A stretch of 64,000 bases of DNA from assembly GCA_049969715.1 (NCBI GenBank), contig JBMFOH010000002.1:7434-71433 (forward strand). Reading direction: 5' to 3'. The notes beneath the pieces were generated by a model. That model was not told the origin of the DNA, made no database searches, and was given only the letters and a program-made list of their open reading frames with translations. The position numbers and the translations under genes are program-made. Positions within the stretch are counted from its first letter, which is position 1. Each line of letters starts with the position of its first letter. This stretch comes from a bacterium. GTDB taxonomy: Bacteria; DUMJ01. Positions 21,616-33,945 of the stretch are shown here, one piece after another.

Positions 21616-22485
21616 TTATTCTTCCCTTTCTATCGCTGCCTTACTTGAAGATACCTCTATAATCTCTGTGGTTATAGAGGATTGTCTCAACCTCTGATAA
21701 GTCTTATATAGTGATTCTAGTAATTCTTTTCCATTTTCATATGCTTGATGCATAGCAACCCTTCTTGCTGCATACTCACTTGTTATAGCCTCTAAGAATA
21801 CCCTATAGAGAGTTACGCCAATAAAAAGCGAAAGTAATTCTCTCAAGATATCCTCTATAGAGGGTTCAAATATATAATTTTCAAATCTACCTACCTTTTC
21901 TGTCTCTCTAAATTGAATTGGCATTAAAGTAAAGTCAACTGGCATATACACAAAGGCATTCCTAAATAGAGTATAAATCACAGAGACCTCTTTATATCTA
22001 CCAGTTACAAAATCATCCTGGATCTTATTTGAAATGTTATAGACGGTATCAAAACTTACTATAGGACTTATAGAATTCGCTTCTATTATATTATATCCTT
22101 TATTATATAGGGTCTTACCTACTCTTGACCCATACACAATAATCTCTGTCTCCTGCGAAGCCCTTATATATTCTTGGACCTTTCTCACTACATTCCCTAA
22201 GTAACCACCACATAAACCTCTTTCTCCACCTACCACTATCAGTAGATTTCTCTTAGCTTCAGCTGGAACTTGCAATAGAGGAAAGGATTGTCTATCTTCT
22301 TTACTAACACCGGCAACAAGGTCTTTTAATAGATTCATAAGGAGATCACTATAAGGAGTAATAGTCTTAAGTCTGGCTTGACTTCTCCTTAATCGAGAAG
22401 CAGCTATAAGCTCAGTAGAACGTATTATCTCAGAAATATGATTTATATTATTTATATGTTTCTTAAGCCTCTGCTGAGATTGCAT
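21616..22485 (-). CDS. atpG: F1 ATP synthase subunit gamma
   Basis: RGLCG, SEYAARRVAM, RQSSITTEIIE. Confidence 0.96.
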   Translation of the reverse strand: MQSQQRLKKHINNINHISEIIRSTELIAASRLRRSQARLKTITPYSDLLMNLLKDLVAGVSKEDRQSFPLLQVPAEAKRNLLIVVGGERGLCGGYLGNVVRKVQEYIRASQETEIIVYGSRVGKTLYNKGYNIIEANSISPIVSFDTVYNISNKIQDDFVTGRYKEVSVIYTLFRNAFVYMPVDFTLMPIQFRETEKVGRFENYIFEPSIEDILRELLSLFIGVTLYRVFLEAITSEYAARRVAMHQAYENGKELLESLYKTYQRLRQSSITTEIIEVSSSKAAIEREE

Positions 22486-24539
22486 TACTCGCTAGAAAAT
22501 GTCCTCTTAAATTCAAATATTATATTAGACAAACTCTTACTGTTCTCATCTGTAAGCCCTTTATCTTTTATATCCTTCTTTAAATTTTCATAATTTTGAT
22601 TTATAAACTTGATAAGTTCATCCTGGAAGTGAGGTATCTCCTCTAGAGCTATTTCATCCATATAACCTCTAGTCACAGTAAAAAGTATAATTACTTGATC
22701 TATAACCTCCATAGGGCTATATTGAGGTTGCTTTAAGACTTCCCTAATTCTAATCCCTCTTTCTATTTGATTTTTTGTAGCTGAATCTATATCAGTGGAT
22801 ACCTGGGCAAAGGTTTCTACCTCTCTATATTGTGCCAAGTCTAATCTTAATCTTCCAGATATCTCCCTCATAGCTTTTATTTGAGCACTTCCTCCAACTC
22901 TAGAGACAGAAAGGCCGACGTCTACAGCTGGTCTTATTCCTTCATAAAAGAGTGATGAGTCTAGATATATCTGTCCATCAGTTATAGAAATAAGGTTGGT
23001 AGGAATATAAGCAGATATATCACCTAATTGAGTTTCTACAATAGGAAGTGCAGTAAGAGATCCTCCCCCTAGATGACTATTCAACTTTGCAGATCTCTCT
23101 AGAAGCCTGGAATGGAGATAGAATATGTCTCCTGGATAAGCCTCTCTTCCGGGAGGACGTCTCAAAAGGAGGGAAATCTCTCTATATGCTTTGGCATGTT
23201 TAGAAAGGTCATCATATATTATGAGTACATCTTTCCCCTGATACATAAACTCTTCACCTATAGCGCATCCTGAATAAGGGGCTATATAGAGCAAAGAAGC
23301 AGGCTCATTTGCAGTAGCAGAGATAACAATAGTATAATCTAAAGCCTCTCTTTCCTTTAGTACTCTAACAATATCTACTACGGTAGTTGCCTTTTGTCCT
23401 ATTGCTACATATATACATATAACATTTTCATCCTTCTGATTAATAATAGTATCAATTGCTATTGCAGTCTTACCTGTCTGCCTATCTCCTATAATAAGTT
23501 CCCTTTGGCCTCTTCCTATAGGAATAAGTGCATCTATTACCTTTAAACCTGTCTGTAAGGGAGTATTTACCGGTTCTCTCTCTACTACATTCGGAGCTAA
23601 GGCTTCTATCTTCCTATATCTATTTGTTGTAATAGGAGGTCCTCCATCAAGAGGCCTCCCCAAAGGATCAATCACTCTACCTTTCAATTCTTCTCCTACA
23701 GGTACAGTTAACATCCTCTGAGTGCTTCTGATTATATCCCCCTCTGGAATCTCATCCGGAGAACCTAAGAGTATTATTCCAGTTTCCTCTTCCTCTAAGC
23801 TCATTACCATCCCAGGGATATTATTTGAGAATAAAACCATTTCTCCATATTGGCTATTTTTTAAGCCAGAGGCAACGACTACACAGTCCCTTATACTCTT
23901 TACCCTTCCTGTAGAAAGCCTCAGCGGTTTCGGAAGGAACCCTTCAACCTTATCTTTTAAATCCTTTATTACTCCTTGAAAAGAATCCTTAGCCTCCACA
24001 AGGGATAACTCGTCTCGAATGAGATCTAACTGGGCCTTTAGGGAGACATCTATAGTTTCATCTTGAAGCTCTATCCTTACCCCATTTATTATATTTGGGT
24101 CTACTTCAGTAAGAATCACTACCTTTCTATTTAGAACTTCTGAAAGATAACTTCCTATCTCTTTTATCTTCTCATCTGAAACATTAAAAGGTAACTTTAC
24201 TCTGACTTTTAAAGGCAGACTTGTCTCTACCAGATCAATAAATCTCGTATATACCTGTTCTATAAGCTCTTCCTCTCCATCTTCGATTATCTTAGAGATG
24301 TAACCTAGGACTTTAGAAGGTAATATACCAGTAAATCTTTCTCTAATGGTTCGTTTCTTTACTTCAGGGGTTAGACTTTTATCAAAGAAAGCCTTATTCA
24401 AATCGTAATTGTGAGTAATATCTTCTATAAAGATCCTTAAAGACTCTCTATATACATCTATAGCCTCATCCTCTAAAGCTAATTGCAACAGCTCATTGCT
24501 AAGGATATCTACACTGTCAGAAATTAATACCTCACTCAT
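22485..24539 (-). CDS. atpA: Fused F1 ATP synthase delta-alpha subunit (AtpH-AtpA)
   Basis: Residues about 1-180 are delta-like (VDPNIINGVRIELQDETIDVSLKAQL); the rest is alpha (IGRGQRELIIGDRQTGKT, RRPPGREAYPGD, LSVSRVG); single 684-aa ORF, no separate atpH in the operon. Confidence 0.92.
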   Translation of the reverse strand: MSEVLISDSVDILSNELLQLALEDEAIDVYRESLRIFIEDITHNYDLNKAFFDKSLTPEVKKRTIRERFTGILPSKVLGYISKIIEDGEEELIEQVYTRFIDLVETSLPLKVRVKLPFNVSDEKIKEIGSYLSEVLNRKVVILTEVDPNIINGVRIELQDETIDVSLKAQLDLIRDELSLVEAKDSFQGVIKDLKDKVEGFLPKPLRLSTGRVKSIRDCVVVASGLKNSQYGEMVLFSNNIPGMVMSLEEEETGIILLGSPDEIPEGDIIRSTQRMLTVPVGEELKGRVIDPLGRPLDGGPPITTNRYRKIEALAPNVVEREPVNTPLQTGLKVIDALIPIGRGQRELIIGDRQTGKTAIAIDTIINQKDENVICIYVAIGQKATTVVDIVRVLKEREALDYTIVISATANEPASLLYIAPYSGCAIGEEFMYQGKDVLIIYDDLSKHAKAYREISLLLRRPPGREAYPGDIFYLHSRLLERSAKLNSHLGGGSLTALPIVETQLGDISAYIPTNLISITDGQIYLDSSLFYEGIRPAVDVGLSVSRVGGSAQIKAMREISGRLRLDLAQYREVETFAQVSTDIDSATKNQIERGIRIREVLKQPQYSPMEVIDQVIILFTVTRGYMDEIALEEIPHFQDELIKFINQNYENLKKDIKDKGLTDENSKSLSNIIFEFKRTFSSE

Positions 24540-25029
24540 TAATAGTACTCACATCCTTAAGATACTTTTCAAGAACCTTTTCTTTTAAGTCTTCCTGGCT
24601 TAAGATTTCGTCCTTAACTAGCTTAGTTGTGGCATCTAGAATGATCTCTACTATCTCCTCTTTAAACTTTTCTATAGTATGTTTTCTCTCTAATACTATC
24701 TCATTTTGAGCCTTTTCTAGAAGAGACTGGGCTTCTCTATGTGCCGAATCTAAGATCCTACTCCTCTCTACTTCAGCCTGTTGCTTCGCCTTCTCTATAA
24801 TCTCTTCAGCCTGGGACCGAGCTTCTTTCAACTGTTCCTCATACTGAGCCTTAAGAGATTCTAGATTAGCCCTCTCCTTTTCAATCTCTTCTAGACCGCT
24901 TTGAATCTTTTTTTGCCTCTTATCTATATAGGAAGCCAAGGGCTTATAGGCAAACCTATATATAAGATATAATGTGACAACAAAGTTTATAATCTGAAAT
25001 ATAAAAGTAGGAAAGGTAAACTTTATCAC
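24532..25029 (-). CDS. atpF: Fo ATP synthase subunit b
   Basis: FQIINF TM segment, RFAYKP, long coiled coil. Confidence 0.95.
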   Translation of the reverse strand: MIKFTFPTFIFQIINFVVTLYLIYRFAYKPLASYIDKRQKKIQSGLEEIEKERANLESLKAQYEEQLKEARSQAEEIIEKAKQQAEVERSRILDSAHREAQSLLEKAQNEIVLERKHTIEKFKEEIVEIILDATTKLVKDEILSQEDLKEKVLEKYLKDVSTINE

Positions 25030-25295
25030 TACTGTACCATCCCCACAAATGGATTAACAAACAAAAGGACTAAGGCTACTACAAGCATAAATATAACTAA
25101 CGATTCTATAAATGCAAGCCCCAAAAGTAAGATAGTCATAATTGACCCTTGTGCCTCTGGTTGTCTCCCCAAAGATTCCATAGCCTTAGAGACTGCATTA
25201 CCTTCTCCCAATGCTCCTCCCAATACTGCTATACCCATACCCCAACCTGCAGCAAGTACAGAAGCCATAATTACTAATGCCTTACTAGTTAACAC
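25029..25295 (-). CDS. atpE: Fo ATP synthase subunit c
   Basis: Two TM helices, RQPEA loop, conserved E64 in FIESL. Confidence 0.96.
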   Translation of the reverse strand: MLTSKALVIMASVLAAGWGMGIAVLGGALGEGNAVSKAMESLGRQPEAQGSIMTILLLGLAFIESLVIFMLVVALVLLFVNPFVGMVQ

Positions 25296-25317
25296 AAATA
25301 ATCACCTCCAATGGTCT

Positions 25318-25971
25318 TTATTCTTCCTCTATAGCACCTGCTATGTATAGAAGAGTAAGGAGAGAAAATATAAATGCCTGGATAAGACCAGTAAAGAGCC
25401 CTAATAACATCATAGGGATAGGAAGTATAAGTGGAACTAGCATCACTAAAAGGGCTATCACAATCTCCTCTCCTATTATATTCCCAAAAAGACGGAACGA
25501 TAAAGACACGGGCCTTACCAATTCCTCAAGAATATTTAAAGGTAAAAGGATAGGATTAGGTTCTATATATTTTTTGAAAAAACGCCAACCCTTTTCTCTT
25601 ATCCCTGCCACATAAGTAGAAGCTACCGCTACTATAGCTAAAGCTACAGTAGTACTTAGGTCTCTAGTAGGAGCATTAAACCCAGGGATAATCTCTATCC
25701 AATTGGAAAGGAGAATAAATATGCCTATAGAAAGAGCTAACGGAACGAATTGTTTACCTTTCTCCCCCATTACCTGCACTGCTATATTATCATAAAACTC
25801 TATAAGGGTCTCGAATAGAGACTGAATCTTACTCGGATATTCAGAAAGACTTCGAGCAAGGATCCAACTAAATACAAATATTATCCCCATCACTACCCAA
25901 GTAGTAGTGACAGAGTCTGTTACAGGTATTCCTAATACCCAAAAAACTATCCTTGGTGCTATCTCTTGCAT
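25318..25971 (-). CDS. atpB: Fo ATP synthase subunit a
   Basis: RPVSLSFRLFGNI with the essential Arg, GLIQAFIF. Confidence 0.96.
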   Translation of the reverse strand: MQEIAPRIVFWVLGIPVTDSVTTTWVVMGIIFVFSWILARSLSEYPSKIQSLFETLIEFYDNIAVQVMGEKGKQFVPLALSIGIFILLSNWIEIIPGFNAPTRDLSTTVALAIVAVASTYVAGIREKGWRFFKKYIEPNPILLPLNILEELVRPVSLSFRLFGNIIGEEIVIALLVMLVPLILPIPMMLLGLFTGLIQAFIFSLLTLLYIAGAIEEE

Positions 25972-26315
25972 CTTAAGATTCTTAAGCCTCCTATTAAAAG
26001 TGTCAGAGGATATATAACTAATCCTATCAGTAAGCCTAATATACCTAACCTATTTATTATACCACAAAATAGGAATATAGATACCACTCCAATGATGATT
26101 ACTACTCTAATAAGTGTACCCACACCAAACTTAATATGATCTAAAGGGGGTTCTCTATCCTTTAATAGTGTAAAGATAAGAGTCAAATCTAATATCCCAA
26201 TAAAAATACCTATAAAGTATCCTAAAAGATATTCCTTCTTTATAAGGAAAAGAACTCCCAAAGGCAAAGCTGAAATAAAATAGGTTTTAAGTAATGTCAA
26301 GAATGTCTTATTCAT
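25959..26315 (-). CDS. atpI: ATP synthase protein I-like membrane protein
   Basis: Four hydrophobic segments, directly upstream of atpB. Confidence 0.7.
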   Translation of the reverse strand: MNKTFLTLLKTYFISALPLGVLFLIKKEYLLGYFIGIFIGILDLTLIFTLLKDREPPLDHIKFGVGTLIRVVIIIGVVSIFLFCGIINRLGILGLLIGLVIYPLTLLIGGLRILRCKR

Positions 26316-26507
26316 TTTTTAAGTTGGTCATATATGCTCTTTAACCCTACATAAGCTCCCAAGAACATAAAGAGGAGTCTAAATGAGTATCCAGTAAACA
26401 GTCTCTCATCAATAAATTTTCCCAAATATAACCCAACTAAAATAGAAGAGACTATTGTAAATCCTATAGAGAAGGCGATTCCTATATACCACCATGTTTT
26501 ATTCCTT

Positions 26508-28758
<2,251 letters not shown>

Positions 28759-28766
<8 letters not shown>

Positions 28767-29586
28767 TTTCTAACCTCCCTATTCTAAGTATATGACAATT
28801 TATATTTATTGCCACAGGTAATCCTGCTATATGAGTTGGAAAGGTTTTTACCTTTAAATATAAGCCAGTTATATCCCCACCTAATCCTGCTGGACCTATT
28901 CTGAGACTATTTACACTATCCAGAAGAGACTGCTCCCACTCATCCATAGGTTCTAATGATAGAAGTGCCTCTTTTGAAATCTGAAGGGCATAATCTGCTG
29001 TTCCTCCTATACCTATCCCAATAAAAAGTGGTGGGCAAGCATTTACTCCCTTTTCTTTTATCGTAGAGAGGAGGAAATCTTCTATATCCTTTCTGTCAAT
29101 AGTAGGAGGAAACATCCTTAAAGCAGTAGCGTTCTCACTACCAAATCCCTTTATCATCACCGAGATACTTATCTTCTCTCCAGAGGTAATCCTGGTATGA
29201 ATAATACTAGGAGTATTATCCAAGGTATTAATCCTCTTCCCAATAGGGTCTTTTACTATAGAATTCCTAAAGAATGAAGATGTATATGCCCTCCTTACCC
29301 CAAGGTTGACTGCATCTTCCAAAGGAAGTCCCTTCAAAAAAACTCCTTGGCCTATATCTATAAATACTATTGCAATACCTGTGTCTTGACAGAGAGGAAT
29401 CCTCTTCTCTCTAGAGATATTGGCATTTGCAATAATCTGAGAAAAGACCTTTCTTCCTAAGATAGAAGTCTCTTTCGTTGAAGAGTTCTCTATAAGAGCT
29501 AGTACCATGGGATCGATATTATAGTTAATTTCTCTACAAAGGTACTCTATCCTTTCAGCAATCTCTAAAGTATCCACTATTTTCAT
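28759..29586 (-). CDS. Class I fumarate hydratase / L-tartrate dehydratase alpha subunit (Fe-S)
   Basis: PLCQDTG, KGFGSEN, NACPP, THIAGLPVA..NCH. Confidence 0.92.
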
Positions 29587-29591
29587 TTTCT

Positions 29592-31082
29592 CTAAGGAGT
29601 AGTAGGCACCTCCTCGGGAACAGTCTGAGAAGGAGATTGAGGGATTGTTCCACTTGTACCGGATTCAGGTTGTGTAGGAGCTGGTATTACCTGTGGTGCC
29701 TTTTGAGGGATACCAACAGTTAACTCTATGGAAGGTATCTCTTGAATAATGGGTGTATTAGGGGATGGATTCTGAGAAAGTATAATCCCTGGAGTATCAC
29801 TTTCCGTCTCCCTTATTGTTAGTTTAAATGGTCCTAGAGAGTCCAATATCTTCTGGGCATCATCTAGAGTTTTTCCGATAAAATTAGGCATAGTATTTTG
29901 TATATGCCTGGTTATTTCTAATGCTACCAAGGCATTCCTATTAGTAATACTTCCATACTTTGGATTTTGTGATACTACTATACCATCCGGAGAGGTTCTA
30001 CTGTAACTCTCTTGAATATCTCCAATCCTTAACCCTGCTGTTTCTAGAATCTTCCTAGCATTTCCAAGATCTTGGCCTATAACATTAGGGACACTAATAA
30101 GTTCTATCCCCTTACTTATTACTACAGAAATACTCCTTCCTGCTTTTACCTTTACTCCACTAGATGGATCTTGAGATATTATATTACACGCAGGGACAGC
30201 ATTATTGTATTCTATACCTTTGATATTCATGTTAAGACCTGTATCTCTTAAAATATTATAAGCCTCATTAATAGGTTTATTAGTTATATCTGGTACTATC
30301 ACTTCTGGAACTGCTCCTTCGGGAAAGATGTATCTTTCCCCGATAGTATAAACTAGTACCACGCTCAATATAGCTATCGATAAAAGAACTACTATTGCTA
30401 TAATCCATGGGCTTGTTTTTCTTCTTTCCTTTTTTATATCAGGTTTTTCGCTCACTGCCGTTGGTTTTATATTCATCCGTTCCTCCTGAAGGATAAGGGT
30501 ATTCAACATATTCACAAAGGCATCTACATTGTCAAGCTTAGAAATAATATTCCTCTCTAAAAGGGCTTCTACTGATTCCTTCAGTCTTGGAGGAGCAAAA
30601 GAGGTAACAAAAACTGCTAAAAGATTCAACAGTTCCTTTCTATCTAGAACCTTATCCCAATTTGAAAAATCTACTAACATTATAGGAGAGACTAGATAGT
30701 TTCCATTTTCGTCGATATAAACCTCTGATATGGGAGGAATCTTTGCTCTTAATCCTAAGTTACTAATAAGCTCTAGACTACTTCCTATATAGTGGATCAA
30801 CTTTAATAAACTATCTAGATTACCTATATCTACCTTTTCTTGTGGTGGTATCTCTTCAATTGTATAGATGCTACCATCTTCTAAGACATCATATCCTAAT
30901 ACCCTTAAGAACTTACCGTCTATTCTAGTAAGATGATCAAGTAGTGGTATAATTTTATTTACCCCTAATGAAGACCTTATCTGTCTCAAGACAACAAATT
31001 TAGCTAGTAACTTATCATACGCCCTTACTTTATCGTTACGAAAGGCATCTAGTAGGATAAATCTTTCACCTAGTTCCCTCAT
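29592..31082 (-). CDS. PASTA-domain membrane protein with degenerate Ser/Thr kinase-like N-terminus (PknB/PrkC-like pseudokinase)
   Basis: TM helix then three PASTA repeats (VPDITN..SQDP, VPNVIG..SQNP, MPNFIG..SQNP) and a P/T-rich tail; occupies the pknB position after rlmN. Confidence 0.8.
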   Translation of the reverse strand: MRELGERFILLDAFRNDKVRAYDKLLAKFVVLRQIRSSLGVNKIIPLLDHLTRIDGKFLRVLGYDVLEDGSIYTIEEIPPQEKVDIGNLDSLLKLIHYIGSSLELISNLGLRAKIPPISEVYIDENGNYLVSPIMLVDFSNWDKVLDRKELLNLLAVFVTSFAPPRLKESVEALLERNIISKLDNVDAFVNMLNTLILQEERMNIKPTAVSEKPDIKKERRKTSPWIIAIVVLLSIAILSVVLVYTIGERYIFPEGAVPEVIVPDITNKPINEAYNILRDTGLNMNIKGIEYNNAVPACNIISQDPSSGVKVKAGRSISVVISKGIELISVPNVIGQDLGNARKILETAGLRIGDIQESYSRTSPDGIVVSQNPKYGSITNRNALVALEITRHIQNTMPNFIGKTLDDAQKILDSLGPFKLTIRETESDTPGIILSQNPSPNTPIIQEIPSIELTVGIPQKAPQVIPAPTQPESGTSGTIPQSPSQTVPEEVPTTP

Positions 31083-32085
31083 AAGCTCCTCTTAACTGTC
31101 CACATGCAGCTGATATCTTTGCCCCCTTACTAGATCTCAAATGGACCTCCTTCTTAAACCTCTCTAGCACAGAAATAAACCTCATTACATCTTCTATATC
31201 AGGGACAAATTCCTTTGTCATATTGTCTTTAGGATTATAGGGGATAATGTTGAAAAATACAGGAAGCCCCTTAAAAAGTTTTACCAGTTTATATGCATCA
31301 TCAAGGGAATCGTTTATACCTTTAATAATAGTATACTCAATAGATATCCTATTATGAGTAATTTCTATATACTCTTTTATACTTTTTATAATCTCTTCTA
31401 AATGATATACTCTACCAGTAGGAACTAATTCTTTTCTTACTTCAGGATCAGCCGACCACAGAGAAAATGCAAGTTTTACCCTAGGGAAATTCCTAGCCAA
31501 GGCGACAATCCCTTGAGGGATTCCAGAAGTAGAGATAGTGATATGTCTAGGAGAGATAGTAAAATCACTTATAAATTTACTAATAGCCTTATAAAGTTCT
31601 TTCTCATTTAAGAGGGGCTCCCCCATTCCCATAAATACTATGCCTGAGATTCGCCTTTTGACAATACTTTGAGCAAAGATATACTCCCCTATAATTTCTT
31701 CGGAATTTAAATTTCTACTGAAAGATTCCCCAGTAGCACAGAATCTACATCCTACTGGACAGCCTATTTGTGTAGAAACACAAAGGGTAACCCTATCTGG
31801 ATGTGTAATTACTACTGACTCAAATCTTAGATTATCTGAAGTATTGAATAAAAACTTAGTTGTTTCATCGTCATCTAATCTCTTGACAAGCTGAAAAGGA
31901 ACGATAGAAAATACCTTAGACAATTCCTCTCGAAGAGATTTTGGAATTGAGCTCATCTGTTCAAAATCTAATACTACCTTATCGTATATCCATTCTAACA
32001 CCTGTCTAGCTCTATATGGCTCATACCCAGCCTCTACTATAAAGTCTTCTATCTCTTTGAGAGTTAACTCTAAAATACTACGCAT
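31066..32085 (-). CDS. rlmN: Radical SAM rRNA/tRNA methyltransferase
   Basis: CVSTQIGCPVGCRFC, FMGMGEP, AACGQL. Confidence 0.95.
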   Translation of the reverse strand: MRSILELTLKEIEDFIVEAGYEPYRARQVLEWIYDKVVLDFEQMSSIPKSLREELSKVFSIVPFQLVKRLDDDETTKFLFNTSDNLRFESVVITHPDRVTLCVSTQIGCPVGCRFCATGESFSRNLNSEEIIGEYIFAQSIVKRRISGIVFMGMGEPLLNEKELYKAISKFISDFTISPRHITISTSGIPQGIVALARNFPRVKLAFSLWSADPEVRKELVPTGRVYHLEEIIKSIKEYIEITHNRISIEYTIIKGINDSLDDAYKLVKLFKGLPVFFNIIPYNPKDNMTKEFVPDIEDVMRFISVLERFKKEVHLRSSKGAKISAACGQLRGAYEGTR

Positions 32086-33385
32086 CCTTTCTCTCTAACT
32101 TTGCCATATAAAAACCTTCGGTATTATCTATGTGAGGCAAAATTTGTCTCTCCTCTCTCAGGATAAATTCTTTATTTTCTTCTAGAAACGACTTTATTAT
32201 ATCATAAGTTTCATCCTTAGAGATGGTACAAGCGCTATATACCAATATGCCTCCTGGTTTTACAAAATTTTTCCCAGATTTAAGTATATTCCTTTGGATT
32301 AATACGAGTTTTTCTATGGAACTAGGATTAATACGCCATTTTATCTCTGGTTTTCTTGAAAGTGTTCCCAGTCCTGAGCAAGGCACATCCAACAGAACCC
32401 TATCCGCCTCTCCTATAACATCCAATGAAAGTCTTTCTATAGGAGACTCTATACAGTTAATTATAGTGATCCCCCGTTTTAAAGCTTCATTCTCCAGTAT
32501 ACTTAGCTTACTGGCTAATCTATCTACTGCAATGATTGTTCCTTTATTTTTCATCAGTTCTGCTATATAGGTAGTCTTTCCTCCATACCCTGCGCATCCA
32601 TCAATTACTTTCATCCCTGGTTTACAGTCTATTGTCTCTACTACTACCATTGATGATTCTGACTGTATATAAACCTTCCCCTCCTCTTCTAGAGAAATAA
32701 CAGGATTTATGTCTCCTTCTTTTAGGACAAGACAATTTCTACTTAACCTACCTCTTTCTAATCTTATTCCTTTATTATTTAACGTATCCTCTATCTTTTC
32801 TAAAGTAGTTTTGAGTTGATTTACTCTAAAGCTTGTAGGCATAGGTTGATTATTTCTTCTACATAGAAGAATAGTTTCTTCTTTCCCCAGCTCTCTACTC
32901 CATTTTTCTATAAGCCATTCCGGATGAGAATAAATAACAGAAAGTGTATCAGGCTGTGAATTGGTAACAGCTATCTTTCTAAGTACTGCATTTACAAGCC
33001 CTCCTGATTTCCTTGAACTAAGAATCTTCGCCATTTCTACTGCTTCATTTACAACAAGAGGCTTAGGTATCCTATGGTATAGGAGTTGGTATGTAGCTAT
33101 CCTTAATATAATCTTTAACTCTAGAGGAAGTCTATCTATATCTACATAATGAGAGACGTACCAATCTAAAGTATTCTGACGTCGCAAGGTGCCATATACC
33201 AGCTCTGTGGTAGAAGAATGAACCTCTAAAGGAAGGGAAGAAAGCCTACTTCTAAGCAATATATGAGCAAATGCCCTTCTCCTCTCTACTGCCTTGATAA
33301 TGTCAAAAGCAACGAACTTTGCCTCTAAGATATTACTCATATACCTTTGTGTATACCAGTACCCCTGGGGTCTTAAATATACCAC
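32078..33385 (-). CDS. rsmB: 16S rRNA m5C967 methyltransferase
   Basis: NusB-like N-domain, YSHPEW, DVPCSGLG, YSAC, EGFY; the real start is probably the ATG of MSNILEAK. Confidence 0.93.
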   Translation of the reverse strand: MVYLRPQGYWYTQRYMSNILEAKFVAFDIIKAVERRRAFAHILLRSRLSSLPLEVHSSTTELVYGTLRRQNTLDWYVSHYVDIDRLPLELKIILRIATYQLLYHRIPKPLVVNEAVEMAKILSSRKSGGLVNAVLRKIAVTNSQPDTLSVIYSHPEWLIEKWSRELGKEETILLCRRNNQPMPTSFRVNQLKTTLEKIEDTLNNKGIRLERGRLSRNCLVLKEGDINPVISLEEEGKVYIQSESSMVVVETIDCKPGMKVIDGCAGYGGKTTYIAELMKNKGTIIAVDRLASKLSILENEALKRGITIINCIESPIERLSLDVIGEADRVLLDVPCSGLGTLSRKPEIKWRINPSSIEKLVLIQRNILKSGKNFVKPGGILVYSACTISKDETYDIIKSFLEENKEFILREERQILPHIDNTEGFYMAKLERKDA

Positions 33386-33944
33386 CCCCAGGCATATATC
33401 TTGGTTCTATACCAAGTATATCTACTTTTCCTACATCAGCATCGGTAGTAAGGTACCTCTGAATCAAGATACCAATAGGATTTCCTAGAAGGATACCTAA
33501 AAATATAGGGAATATCAGAGTAAATAGATTAAGACCCCACAGGATAAGGAAAGTAATAAAAAATATTACTGCTACAATATTTGTTCCTAGGACCATTGTA
33601 CCACACCGTTTATGTATCGCAAGCTCTTTATGCCCTTCACTAAGAAGATATCGGCCTTCTTTTACAGCAGCTAATACATACATAGGGTCATACGGCCAAG
33701 ACACATAGAAACCATCCTCTACTGCAAGTCCACTTAGATTCTTAATGCCATATTTTTCCTCTAGAACATTAATAGTAGCATGCTCTAACGCATGATTTCT
33801 TTTAAGTGTTTTACTCGAAAAGATCTTCCATAGCTGGACAGGTGTAGAAAAAAGTATAGAAATATAGTAAAGGAAAAGTTGGAGAGGTAAGAAAAATATC
33901 CAGAAACCAAAAAGTATCAAGAAAAATAAAAAAAGAAATATCAA
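33333..33944 (-). CDS. Membrane protein with HxxEH motif (DUF6391-like)
   Basis: RNHALEHAT, LAIHKRCGT, QRYLTT and hydrophobic segments. Confidence 0.7.
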   Translation of the reverse strand: MIFLFLFFLILFGFWIFFLPLQLFLYYISILFSTPVQLWKIFSSKTLKRNHALEHATINVLEEKYGIKNLSGLAVEDGFYVSWPYDPMYVLAAVKEGRYLLSEGHKELAIHKRCGTMVLGTNIVAVIFFITFLILWGLNLFTLIFPIFLGILLGNPIGILIQRYLTTDADVGKVDILGIEPRYMPGGGIFKTPGVLVYTKVYE

Positions 33945-33945
33945 T

